A program made the translations under genes and the position numbers. From Amoebophrya sp. A120 (taxonomy: Eukaryota; Protista; Dinoflagellata): a stretch of 64,000 bases of DNA. Within the stretch, counting starts at the first letter, position 1; every line of letters starts with the position of its first letter. Below, piece after piece: positions 36,015-46,554 of this stretch. The DNA is taken from contig CAJINV010000014.1 in the NCBI GenBank assembly GCA_905178155.1, forward strand, positions 186,001 through 250,000, given 5' to 3'. Below the pieces are notes generated by a model. That model was not told the DNA's origin. It did no database searches and worked only from the letters and a program-made list of their open reading frames with translations.

Positions 36015-37427
36015 TCAAAATTTTATTGCAAGGATAACTTCCTCCTCCTCCTCCTCGTAGTCCCCCGCCTGTGCCGTCTCATCCACCACATTGCTGTTGA
36101 ATTTCACAGCACCCACATCGGTTCTGGTTTTTCCCGCTTTCGCCGCGACACTGGTCCCAAGCTGCTCTTGCTGTGCTCGGTCGTCACCTTTTTTACCAAG
36201 CACTTTTATTCGCGCGACATTTGCTTTTGCGTTCCCTTGTTTGCCTTTGCTGCTGGTGCTACGTGATCCAGCGGCTAGCAGTGGTGAAAAGCCGTCGTGT
36301 AAGGCGTGCTCGTCCAGGTCCTCCTCCTCTTCTTCCTCCTCATCGCCCACCTCCTCCTCAAAGCCTGCCACCGCCCGTCTGCGGATACCCGCAAGTGCCT
36401 GCTGTTCTTTCATGGCTAGTTCTGCTGATAATCTTTGGGGTTGGGCTGAAATGGATAATTGTTCTTCTCGCCCCCCGGAACTGTTTGGAGCTTTTTTCTT
36501 CTGTAAAATTTTCGTTGACGTCGACGCTGTCGTGGCAGTTGTGTTGTTCATCGTGACGACCCGCCCGGGACCGGGTTCAGCTACAATATCAACCGGTGTA
36601 CCATTGGGGCCGACCGGACGGGCAGTGGCCGACCACTGAGCGCTTTCATCTTGAGCTTGGGGCCCGTTGGCCTGTTGTTTTCCTTGTTCTTTTCCACCCG
36701 CACCAGCAAGCACAGCCCGCAGAGGACGCTTCAAGAGGTTCTTTCTTGTAGGCGACGAAACATCACCGAAATCCAGGTCGTTGTCGTCGTCGTCTTCCTC
36801 GCCATCCTCTGCGCCGGTCGTAAGTTGCTGCTTCTGGACGTCGAGAAGATCGCTTTGATTCATCATTTTTCCCCTCGTTGTTCCCGTCTCCGCAGCTTTG
36901 ACCCTCCGAACAGACCTTTCGTCGGTACCACCACTGGCCTGCCAGATTTGCAGTTTTCGTTTATTTCTACTTCCCGCGTCTTCATCATCGAGCCTAGCCA
37001 TAGCACCGGAAGATCCTGCTGGAGGTCCTGTCGTCCCAGGTGCTGACCGCGCGGCAGGGGTCGTGGAGATTGTTCCGCTGGGTGGCAGTCGAGATGACCG
37101 AGAGCGAGAGGTAGAGTCTACTACTACTCCCGCCGTCGCTACGTTATTCGATCGCTGCTGCTGTGCTGCGAGGCGGCCTGCTGCGGTGGTCCTATTCAGA
37201 GCATTTTTCATTCGCTCGTCCGGTTGTCCCTCCGCGACCTGAAGATCGTCATCCAAGCCATAAGAGCCCTCCTCCTGCTCCCGGTCCCTGGTGGTCCGTT
37301 GCTGCCGGCCCGCCGGACGCAGCAGTATGATAGCCAAAAAGTGTTTGCGCGTTCCCATTTTGTCCTCCATACTAGATCCGTGTATCCAAAATTGCAAGAA
37401 GATCATGCCTATTAGGTGCAACACCAT
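36015..37427 (-). CDS. Hypothetical acidic low-complexity protein or exon
   Basis: 470-aa ORF on the coding strand of the region; may be an exon of a neighbouring gene. Confidence 0.55.
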   Translation of the reverse strand: MVLHLIGMIFLQFWIHGSSMEDKMGTRKHFLAIILLRPAGRQQRTTRDREQEEGSYGLDDDLQVAEGQPDERMKNALNRTTAAGRLAAQQQRSNNVATAGVVVDSTSRSRSSRLPPSGTISTTPAARSAPGTTGPPAGSSGAMARLDDEDAGSRNKRKLQIWQASGGTDERSVRRVKAAETGTTRGKMMNQSDLLDVQKQQLTTGAEDGEEDDDDNDLDFGDVSSPTRKNLLKRPLRAVLAGAGGKEQGKQQANGPQAQDESAQWSATARPVGPNGTPVDIVAEPGPGRVVTMNNTTATTASTSTKILQKKKAPNSSGGREEQLSISAQPQRLSAELAMKEQQALAGIRRRAVAGFEEEVGDEEEEEEEDLDEHALHDGFSPLLAAGSRSTSSKGKQGNAKANVARIKVLGKKGDDRAQQEQLGTSVAAKAGKTRTDVGAVKFNSNVVDETAQAGDYEEEEEEVILAIKF

Positions 37428-37468
37428 ATAAGAAATTCTCCTGCAGTGGAAGTTTTCGTTTTTGATGC

Positions 37469-38776
37469 CTAGTGAAAAACAGCTTTACTATAAATATTCA
37501 TGTCGCCTTTTTGACGAAAAATGAGAAGGAGAACAGCGTCGACTTCGTCGTTCATATTATCTTCGTCGACGGTCCTCGTTTGCAGGTTCTGCTTCTGCAC
37601 AGCTTTTCGTCCAAGAGCCGTGACGTCAACCCCATGATCCTCTGCGTCTTCATCGTCTTCGTCAACAGCTTCTGCTATGTGTGCTGCATTGTTTTTTTCT
37701 TCATCTACTGATCGATTTGCACGAGGACCACCTCGACCTCCTGTGAGAACCACTTCTGCACCAACTCCCAGATTGTTTCTCGCTGCCAGCGCCTTGTCGA
37801 ACGCGGACTCGGTGTGTAGTCGTGCTGTCGAATCATTTATTTTCGCAAGAACTTTCTCTTTCCCATTCTCATCTCCTACCCGCCCAATCCTGCTTCTTTG
37901 CGCGGGGGCGGAGGCGGAAGATGCCGAAAGGCCAGTAGTTTGGGGTGGACTCCTCGCCACTGTCATAGGTCGGCGCAGTCCCGACGAGGGGTCCTGCGAC
38001 AACTTTGCCCCCTCCTCTACGGCAGCATCTACAACTCGTCTGCTCCCGTTGTACTTGCTCTGTGCGGAAGCAAGGCCTTCCCGACGGGAGGGAACAAAAG
38101 ATGAGGAAGATTGTGTTGATGGTGACAAGCCTTGCAACGTCTTCATCCCAGCAGTACCCGGCCGCACACGAGTTGGAGTTCGTCCGCTGATGTTTCTAGG
38201 AACCTGCTCCCCTTCTTGTTCCCCTCCGCCGCCCAGTTTCGCGATCGCCCCCTCCACCACTCGCAACGCCTGCCGGTCCGCTTGCCGCTGCGCCCGGGCG
38301 GTGTTCTCGAACACTTTCAAACGTTTTTTCCGCACAAAATTCCGCCCCACACACCCGCGCCACACCGCCTGGATACTGACCGCGGCGCCGTTGCGCTGCA
38401 GCTCGCGGAACTCGAGTAGTTGGATCTCCGTGCTTGCCAGGATTCGCTTCTCGGCAGTGGACAATTTCTTGCGCCGGATAGAAGAGCTTGCTGGGCCTCC
38501 GTGCGCAGCACCCTGTCTCGACGGCAGAATCAATCCACCGGAGCTGCTGCTATGACCACTTCCAAGATTTCCCGCTGGCGCTTTTGAAGACAATACCGGC
38601 GGACTTTTGCGACGCGCCGGCGGCAGTGCGCTGTTATACGCGTGCACGAGCGCGAGGATGTCCGGGTCATCGATGGAGGACTTCTGGTGAAGCGGCATGA
38701 AGTTACGAGTGTTGTTCAATTTATTCTCATTTACATCTTCTTCGTGAGAAATCGGCGAGTTTGGTCTTTCTGCCAA
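37469..38776 (-). CDS. IQ calmodulin-binding motif-containing protein
   Basis: 435-aa ORF containing AAVSIQAVWRGCVGRNFVRKK, matching IQxxxRGxxxR. Confidence 0.65.
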   Translation of the reverse strand: MAERPNSPISHEEDVNENKLNNTRNFMPLHQKSSIDDPDILALVHAYNSALPPARRKSPPVLSSKAPAGNLGSGHSSSSGGLILPSRQGAAHGGPASSSIRRKKLSTAEKRILASTEIQLLEFRELQRNGAAVSIQAVWRGCVGRNFVRKKRLKVFENTARAQRQADRQALRVVEGAIAKLGGGGEQEGEQVPRNISGRTPTRVRPGTAGMKTLQGLSPSTQSSSSFVPSRREGLASAQSKYNGSRRVVDAAVEEGAKLSQDPSSGLRRPMTVARSPPQTTGLSASSASAPAQRSRIGRVGDENGKEKVLAKINDSTARLHTESAFDKALAARNNLGVGAEVVLTGGRGGPRANRSVDEEKNNAAHIAEAVDEDDEDAEDHGVDVTALGRKAVQKQNLQTRTVDEDNMNDEVDAVLLLIFRQKGDMNIYSKAVFH

Positions 38777-39856
38777 CCCGTGTCACTGAGCTTTTTGCTA
38801 GATCACTCGGCAGGCCACAACCACCTGCAGGCCGACACATAAGAGTCAGAAGGCGTAGACAAAAAGATGAAAAGAGCGTTGATGCATGAACATAAACCTT
38901 GAAGTTGTTGCAGTCGTTAATCATGATCAAGCGAAGGCGAGTTCTTTCTGCAAGGACAACAGAACGAAAGCGATCGACGATTCCGAGATCGATGCTGATG
39001 CCAACGATTGGGAGGTAGTACCACGAGGATGGTTTATCGTTTACGATATCGATAGTACGAATTCGATCATTTAGGAAATACAACAACGATGGGCAACATG
39101 CATTTTTCGACGAGTCTACACATCATATATGTGACGAAAAAAATCATGCTAACAACGATGATAAGAGGACGCTGCAAAAACTTTCACCATTTTTTTTAAA
39201 ACCACATCATCTTCCAAACACTACTCTGCTCGCGACCACAGTGAACATCGTTTATACTAGTTTTTATCGTACACATTTGCACTTCTCGAAAGTACAAATA
39301 AAGCTTGTCCGCCAAAAAAAAGGTTAATTTGCGATTATGTTCAAGTAGAGAATCGCGTGTAAAAGTAGGTCCTCAAACGCTCTGAAATTGTCTACTGCGG
39401 CGCAGTTTTTTCATCTTCCAATGTCATTTTTTCATACAGGTCTTGATGATACACGTCAATCTCATGGGCCATCGCGAGCAGCAACAATCTTGGCAGGGAC
39501 AACAAACGAAAAAGCAAAATATGTCGGTCGAAAAATATCTAGCAGCACCTCAGAGAGATGTACACAAGTGTAAGTTCAAAAGAACGCTCATCGGTCGATA
39601 CATAAGTGTCTGCAAGGAAGTGCTGCCTACTATTCCATCTACACCCTCCTGCAAAAGCGACAGAAGAAATCGGCTGTGTACACATCCACATCCACATTTT
39701 TGCACTCACTTAGATAGAAGAATGCTTTCAAAGCAAGCTTTGTCTTCTCGACCTTCATCGAGGAAATGGAAATCGCTTCCGACCTCCATAATAACGTACT
39801 TAGCTTCCTCCTCCACCTCCTCTTCAAAGAAACCAAAACCTCCAGACGAAGTTTCC

Positions 39857-42800
39857 TCAGAAAGAGAATGCCTTATTTCCCGCCGCCGCGCCACCGTCTG
39901 CCGCCGTGTGGTTGGTGATTGCGATGGCGATCAAAGTTCCAACGATGCAAAACATCGCCGTCGCGTACATCGGGTGGTACCTGAACATTAGGAATTGATT
40001 TACTTAGGGTGCCGATGCGCTAACAATCATATTCGTTTCGAAAGCCTCGACGCAGAGCGAGTAACAACATTTCCGCTATGTATCGATATCGTACACTTCT
40101 GGTTCGCGATCATTTGTATGCCTGAAATGCGGCGACGTGGTAGTTGTACCTCTACGTATTTACATATTCTGGAGGACCACGAACACGATGCAAGAGTTGT
40201 ACTGAGTCTTGACCTAATCTTATTTTTGGTATATGTTTAGCGAACACTGCTACTACTACAAATACAAAAGCCACAAAATAACGCACCAAAGCACTGATAT
40301 AATACCAGAGCCACGCCATCGCCACAGTGAGCATCCACAGCATGACAGCAATACAAATCGCCGCGATCGTCACGATGACGTCCGCCAGACACTTGAAACA
40401 GCCCCCCACCAGCGGCACGTAGCTCATGAGGAAGGGGAACACGCTCAGCATCATTCGCGCCCCCACGAAGAACATGATCAGCCCCACCCAGCGCAGGCAG
40501 AGCGCAATCGTCTGCTGCTTGTCCTTCAAGTTGTTCAGCATTTGCTCGGCGCTGGTTTTGGACTGTTTCAGCTCGTAGATGTAAGCGCTCTTCTGGGCGA
40601 TGCACGCGAAGATGCAGTTGCAGCAGCAGCACAGGATGCTGCAGCAGCCGAGGTGGGCGGCAATCGACCTAGAAGTAGTACCATCTGCTCCGTCTTCTTC
40701 TTCATCGCCACGCAGGGTCGGATTGTAGAGCACCGGGTTCAGGATCCTGGACTCGCGTTTCGCTTGTGTCCTGAGTAAAAACGTACCCACACTAGTGCAG
40801 ATTTGCAAAGACAGGAAGACTTTTAATGCGCATCCGCATGAGAGCCATTTCCAGTCGTGTTTTGGAATTTGTGATGCTGTGAACAGGATGAGCAGATGAA
40901 TCTGTGATGCGGCTGCACTTGCTAACCTGCACTACACTGCAGAGTGCAACTTGTCATGCGTGACTCACAAAACTCCTAGGTTTGTGTTGCAAAATCCCCA
41001 TCCTGACTCTGTCTCTGGTGTGGGTAGGTTTTTACTCAGGATAGCTTGCCCGGTAAATTCATCCTTGTAGGGATTCGAGCTGCAACACCCGTCGGGAGAA
41101 TCGAGATCGACCACCGTTTCGACGATCCCGTTTACTTCGGATTTCCTGGTGTAGAACCCTGGGTATCCTGTGCAAAAGTATCGTACTCGTATTGCAATCA
41201 TGCACTACAAATCTTTTTCTTAAGGCAAATCCCCATTACAAATTTCATTTCTCATGCTGAGTAAATTTGTAATGCATTTATACGAGTACGATACTTTTGC
41301 AGTTCATACTGGGAGAAGAGGGACGAATCCGGCGGCGTCGGCGACGGCCATGATGGTGACCTCAGTGCAGGGACATTTCTCGAAAAAGACACGGAAATCA
41401 CCGGCGGCGGAGCCCGAGCCGCATGCGTAGTAGCTGCGGCCCTGCAGCAAGGGGTTCAGAGTGAAGGTTTTGCCGGCGACGGTAATTACAGGCTTGTTCG
41501 TTGGAAGGGAAAGAGCATTATCTTTATCCTCCATTTTATTTCCAATTCCACCCAAGTCGACTGCTTCCATTCTTCCCATCTGCTTCACGAGACCCTTCGG
41601 GAGAATGTAGCTTTTCCCAAAAAACACGGCCGCGTATTCGACGTTTTCCCCAGGAGGCAAGCCCTCGGGCCACGACGGGTTTAAATGATCCGCAGCACCC
41701 CGCTTCCCGGCGTTGTCCACCGTATTACAATGAAAAGCGCCCCCACGAATCCGGAAGATTGCCAAAAATTTCGATGCATAAGAACTCTCCGACTGGGAAC
41801 TTTTTGTCTTGCAGGCTTGGACGAAGACGGACCGTGACCCTGCTTCCGATTCGATTAAGTCGGTGCGCAAAGCAGCTTTTACTTGTGCTGGGCCTTTTTG
41901 CAACACAAATTTTTGCTATCTTGGTTACAAAATTATCATGCTGATCCATGCAAGGTGGCAAATGTTCGTTCCCTTGGAAATGGGAGGAAACTTTGCATCA
42001 TTTTTTCTGGGGCGCACAGACCTTTCCATGTAATACACCGGCTCGCTTCTCCACTCGAGATTCGCATGAACCGTCACTTCGTCCCGCCCCGTGTCGCGGT
42101 TTTGCACCGTCCGCTCGGTAATCACCCACTGCAACATCTGAATTTGCCTCTTCAGCATCGCGCAATTCGTCACCTCAACGCCAAAGAGATCGTCCTTCAA
42201 CACATCGTTGGTCGTAGTGTTCCCCTGCATGTGGACGAATTGCCGATCGCGTAAATGGATATCGTCGTCGGCGGAACAATTGCTGTGAAGGATGTTTTCC
42301 GCCCGGGAGAACAGCTCCCACATCTTGGCCTGCCGATGCTCGTTGGCGAAGAGCGTGGGGAACGCGAGGAAGAAAATGAAGAAACCGACCACCATGGCGA
42401 GCAACTGCTCGTGACAGGGGTTGGCTTTTTGCTCCTCGTAACTTGCGATCACACCGCCCTGAACGGGCTGGGACGTCGCGTGTTGTCCTCCGTTAAGAGC
42501 CTGGTGTTGGTCGACCGCCAACACGTGTCCGGCCTTCGCATAATTCATTTCTATTGCGTTCTTCTTTGCAACTTGTACTTGAGCTTTATGATGTCCGGAG
42601 TTCATCTGCTGGCCGTGGCTGTGTTGGTCGGTGGTTGACAACGTCATTTTAACGACCCTCGTGTGCGTGTCGTCCAGCTCGAGCAGCTGACTCGGTGAAG
42701 CTGTGACCCTGCTCACTGCTGACAACGTTTGAAACGATCGGCTATTTTTCGTGTAGAACCTTCCGTGTGACTGCAACATGCTGGGCTCTTGTTGGTTGAG

Positions 42801-43100
42801 CAGGAGGGCGGGCTGGGCCTGGGGTTGCTGCTTACTGTTCTCCCCAGGCATATCAAAATCTTCCTCCTCGTCGTTGTTGATGTTGATATAATCGTAGTCA
42901 ACATCATGGTCCAGAACAGGATGGCCGTCGGCGTCGATGCCGTCGCTCAGCTCCTGTGGTGTCTGAAGATCTGCCATCCTCGCCTTCGTCACGTCGACTA
43001 GCACGGCACCCCATGTAGTAACTAAACTCACTCCTGCGCCGAACAGCCGTCGTCGATGCCTGCCGCCTACTCCCGCCGGCCCTCGCCCCACCGCGACCAT
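39857..43100 (-). CDS. TMEM43: TMEM43/LUMA (DUF1625) family membrane protein
   Basis: TM helix + LFANE, FVHMQG, DDLFGV, LKRQIQMLQW, GDFRVFF, LRWVG, VPLVG, AWLWYHP. Exons come from ORFs 41925-43100, 41304-41906 and 40152-40808, plus a last exon 39980-39857. The intron near 41745-42035 is not precisely resolved. Confidence 0.85.
39981..40305 (-). other. Canonical GT-AG intron (TMEM43)
   Basis: CTCTG|GTATTA ... TTCAG|GTAC; removal restores AWLWYHP. Confidence 0.8.
40767..41043. mobile_element. Introner family G (in TMEM43)
   Basis: TIR T[GA]TCCTGAGTAAAAAC.TACCCACAC; TSD GCTTG. Confidence 0.92.
41164..41308. mobile_element. Introner family B (in TMEM43)
   Basis: B-type TIR; TSD CTGGG. Confidence 0.93.
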
Positions 43101-44459
43101 CTTGAAGACGAACAGACTTGGTTTGGATGCAGTGGTAGTAAGAAACTGGGCTGTTTTAGAGGCTGAGGCAGCTACAGTTTTACAACTACAAGTGCAACGT
43201 TCATTTCAACATCGACAGACTTCCGTGCCGGATGGGAACAGAGGCCGAGGACACGATGTTGGATGGAAGAAAAAACTGATTTTACTACCTCTAGTACCGA
43301 GGAGGCTACCGGTTAGCGGCATCGGCGACCTATCTCCTCCATCATGCAGAGTAAAAGAGAAGGGTGAAGGGGAAATTCCTCCAACCATACACATACAGCA
43401 CGAAGACCATGCTACTTATAAATATTTTTTCCACGAATATTAATTTTCAATATTGCGGCCACGTTTTCTTTTTGACGATGAAGTGCGAGTGCCACGATTT
43501 CTTACTGACGAAGTTCCACGAACGCACCATGGTAGCTCTTGTTGTAATGTCCCCGATGTACCAGACCGAAAATTGAAATTCATGCTTCATCGCGACGACG
43601 ATAATTTGAATTTCATTGGTCTTGAAAAAAGGTGCCAAGAAACGATGACCGCAATAACTGCAAGACAGGAGCCGAGGACACACGAGAAGATAGAGTGCTA
43701 GCGAAGGAAGTCTATACAATTCCAGCAATAGCGTTTTTAGCTCATGGTGCTACTATAACCGTAACCGACGACCAAAAACTCGCGGCCCCATCAACGAGGA
43801 CAACACGTCTTCACTTCATGTTCAACCTCCAAAACAAAGCTAAATCATATTCGAGAGCAAAATATAAATCTATCAACAGCTTCTTCTTCAGTTCCTGAAG
43901 AGAGTGAGTGACGCGTGACTCCTGAAGGAGCAGTGCACAACCACATCACGCTCTTTTTTCGTGCAGATTCTCAATAGGCAAATATATGAGAAAGATTGTC
44001 TCAGTTTTTGTTGTCCGTCGAAAAAGTTGATTTGCGATTAGGTCCAAGAGAACCGTGTATAGGTCCAGGTGCATTTAGTTCATCATAGCACGCTCTGCAG
44101 GTGTTTATTGCGCAGTTTTTTCATCTGGTGCAAAAACTATAAACTCTATCCGGTTTTTTTATGCGTAGGCGGTAGGCCTCCTGCTACCAGCTACTTTTAG
44201 AACCCACTAGCACTGCATTTCACTCTCAAGAGCACCATATTCGACGTCACATTTCGCACCGCACAAATACCTGCACCGAAGAGCCCAATTTGGTTGCTCC
44301 GCAGAATCTTTTTACGTTTTTTTTTTCAAAGTCTCCACCTCCGGGTTAAAGTCGGGGAGCTTCTATATACTTATCCCTGCGTGCAGCAGCTGTACGTAGC
44401 ATTTCTCACGAACAAGACCTCGGAGGCCGCGGCCTCATCAACTTCACCTACTGCGAAAT

Positions 44460-45599
44460 TCATTCCTCTCCCTCCCGCTGCTGCGCTTCAGCTAATTCCA
44501 TCTGGTGCCGAGGAGATGCAGACGAAGTACTAGTTGTCCCCTGATACAACAGCTGAGCCAGATCCGCTTCCGCTTCCAAGCGAGTTTGTCGCTTCAGCCT
44601 TTCGACCTCTTCGTGCATCGCCTGCATGTTCTTGTCATACGCCTGCTCGCCGTTCTTGTTCATCATGTTGTTGGGCGTGAACCACGACGACACAGCAGGC
44701 AGAGCTGCATCTTGTCCTCGAGTCCTTAGTCCTGCCTCACGAGGACCACGACCATTGCTCCTACCATTCTCAGCCTGGCTTTCGCCACACGCCGATGACG
44801 TCGCAGAGAGTAGAGCCAGACTCACCAGTGTGTGCTGTTCTGCTAAAAAGTCACTGCAGGTGGGAGCTCTCGGTGCTCTCAGCGGTTGTACCTCCCGGAG
44901 GTCCAGGCTTGTTTGTTGCTGCTGCCGCTGAACGTCGAGAAGGTCACCGTGATCTAGATCGTCCGCCGACGTCGACCCCGGCTCCTGGTGGTCCAGCTGC
45001 ACGCCGTGATCTATTTGTCGCGCCACGTTGTCTGCTTCCGCTTGTTGTTCCTCGACCAAACTTTGTCGCTTCAAAGCCTCCACTTCGTCATGCATCGCCT
45101 GCATGTCGTAGGTTCCCTGGTTGGGGGTGAAACAGTAAAACCAGGGCTGGTGGTGCTCTGAAACGTCGTGGTCCACCCGTCGTTTAGGAAGCAGGCGCTC
45201 GTTGATGTCGTGCTGCTGCTGATCATTTCTTTCGAGCTGCACTGGTGCTGGGGAGGTACTACACCACCGCGAGGTTGAACTTGATGCGGATGGTATGGTG
45301 CCAGGAGCTGTAGTAATGCGGTCCCGTTCGACTTCTTGATCCTTTCTCGACGTAGCCTTCGTCGAAAGTAGGGTTCCGACTTTATTCAGTTTCACGCCTT
45401 GTGCTGTCTGCAACTGAAAGAAGTCTTCAGATCCTGGTATCGTGGTGCACAAGGCTGCCAATGTGAGTAAACGGGAGGTTCCAGCTGCTTCATTTTTTGG
45501 AAAGCGTGCTGCCGAGGGGGAGGCCTTACGGGAAGTAGACCAGCCCGTTTTATCACGCAGAGGTGAGAATGATGACATTTTTTGTGTGCTGTGAACCAC
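44460..45599 (-). CDS. Hypothetical protein with internal duplicated motif
   Basis: 379-aa ORF; FTPNQGTYDMQAMHDEVEALKRQ recurs as FTPN...YDKNMQAMHEEVERLKRQ. Confidence 0.6.
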   Translation of the reverse strand: MVHSTQKMSSFSPLRDKTGWSTSRKASPSAARFPKNEAAGTSRLLTLAALCTTIPGSEDFFQLQTAQGVKLNKVGTLLSTKATSRKDQEVERDRITTAPGTIPSASSSTSRWCSTSPAPVQLERNDQQQHDINERLLPKRRVDHDVSEHHQPWFYCFTPNQGTYDMQAMHDEVEALKRQSLVEEQQAEADNVARQIDHGVQLDHQEPGSTSADDLDHGDLLDVQRQQQQTSLDLREVQPLRAPRAPTCSDFLAEQHTLVSLALLSATSSACGESQAENGRSNGRGPREAGLRTRGQDAALPAVSSWFTPNNMMNKNGEQAYDKNMQAMHEEVERLKRQTRLEAEADLAQLLYQGTTSTSSASPRHQMELAEAQQREGEE

Positions 45600-46554
45600 A
45601 CTTGTCGCAGCGACGGCTGTAGTCTAGCAACTTTGCAAAAATTGAGGGAAGCAAGATCGTCCTCTTTTGGAAACTTAAACTCTTACGCCTTACGGTTACG
45701 GTTTGCAGTTGCAAGAATCAAAACTGCGAGCCTAGGTGTAAAGAGTTGGAAAATTCGTTGTAAATCGCAGGTGCAAGAAGTTACAAACGGCAGATTACCA
45801 CGCTTAACGTAAAGATGTCACTTCGAACGGCTGCAAAGCGCAAGCGTTCTTGCGTCGAAAAGCTTTATTTCCTGTTGAATTATGACATGAAAATCAAGTG
45901 CATTCGTTGTCGCTTATTTGCACAGAAGACTAAACTAAAATGAGGTAGTGGTCGCTTTGACTTTGAGTCGGAAACTTCTCGACATGAAAATGAACACGAA
46001 TTATAAACACACACAGAAAATAAGCTGATCTGCCACTATCCAGGATTGTTCAAGAAAACAGCTTCAAGAACCGCTGCAGAAAATGAATAGATCTCGCAGC
46101 TCGTGCTCGTCGGTGCCAGAATGCCGAAAGAAAGATCGTGGTGCATCAACGAAAAAGTGGGATGGGGCTGCAGACAATTGCAAAATGCGAATGATGTGTG
46201 AGGAACATGTAATCAACAAGAGCGTCGCTCTTGGATTTCCTACCGTATCGAACAGCGCACGCCGGCGGTGATATCTCATTGCCGGCACAAGAAAAAAATA
46301 CTTTATCGGAATTCGTCACATTCTTTTTCTTTTTTTTACAACTTTGTCTACATCAGCTTTGTCATTGTCGCTGGGGAGCAGGGTGCGCAGCGTGATTCTG
46401 CGAATCGGCGATAGTACCGGTGGACATGTAACATAGAGCAGATGTCTACTTATCGTCCTGAGGCATTCGCATTCGCATTTGGAAAATCGGGAACAATAAT
46501 TTGCACCACAAGAAGTGGATAGACTTCTCTTCCTCATCTTTTTTTACTTTGATA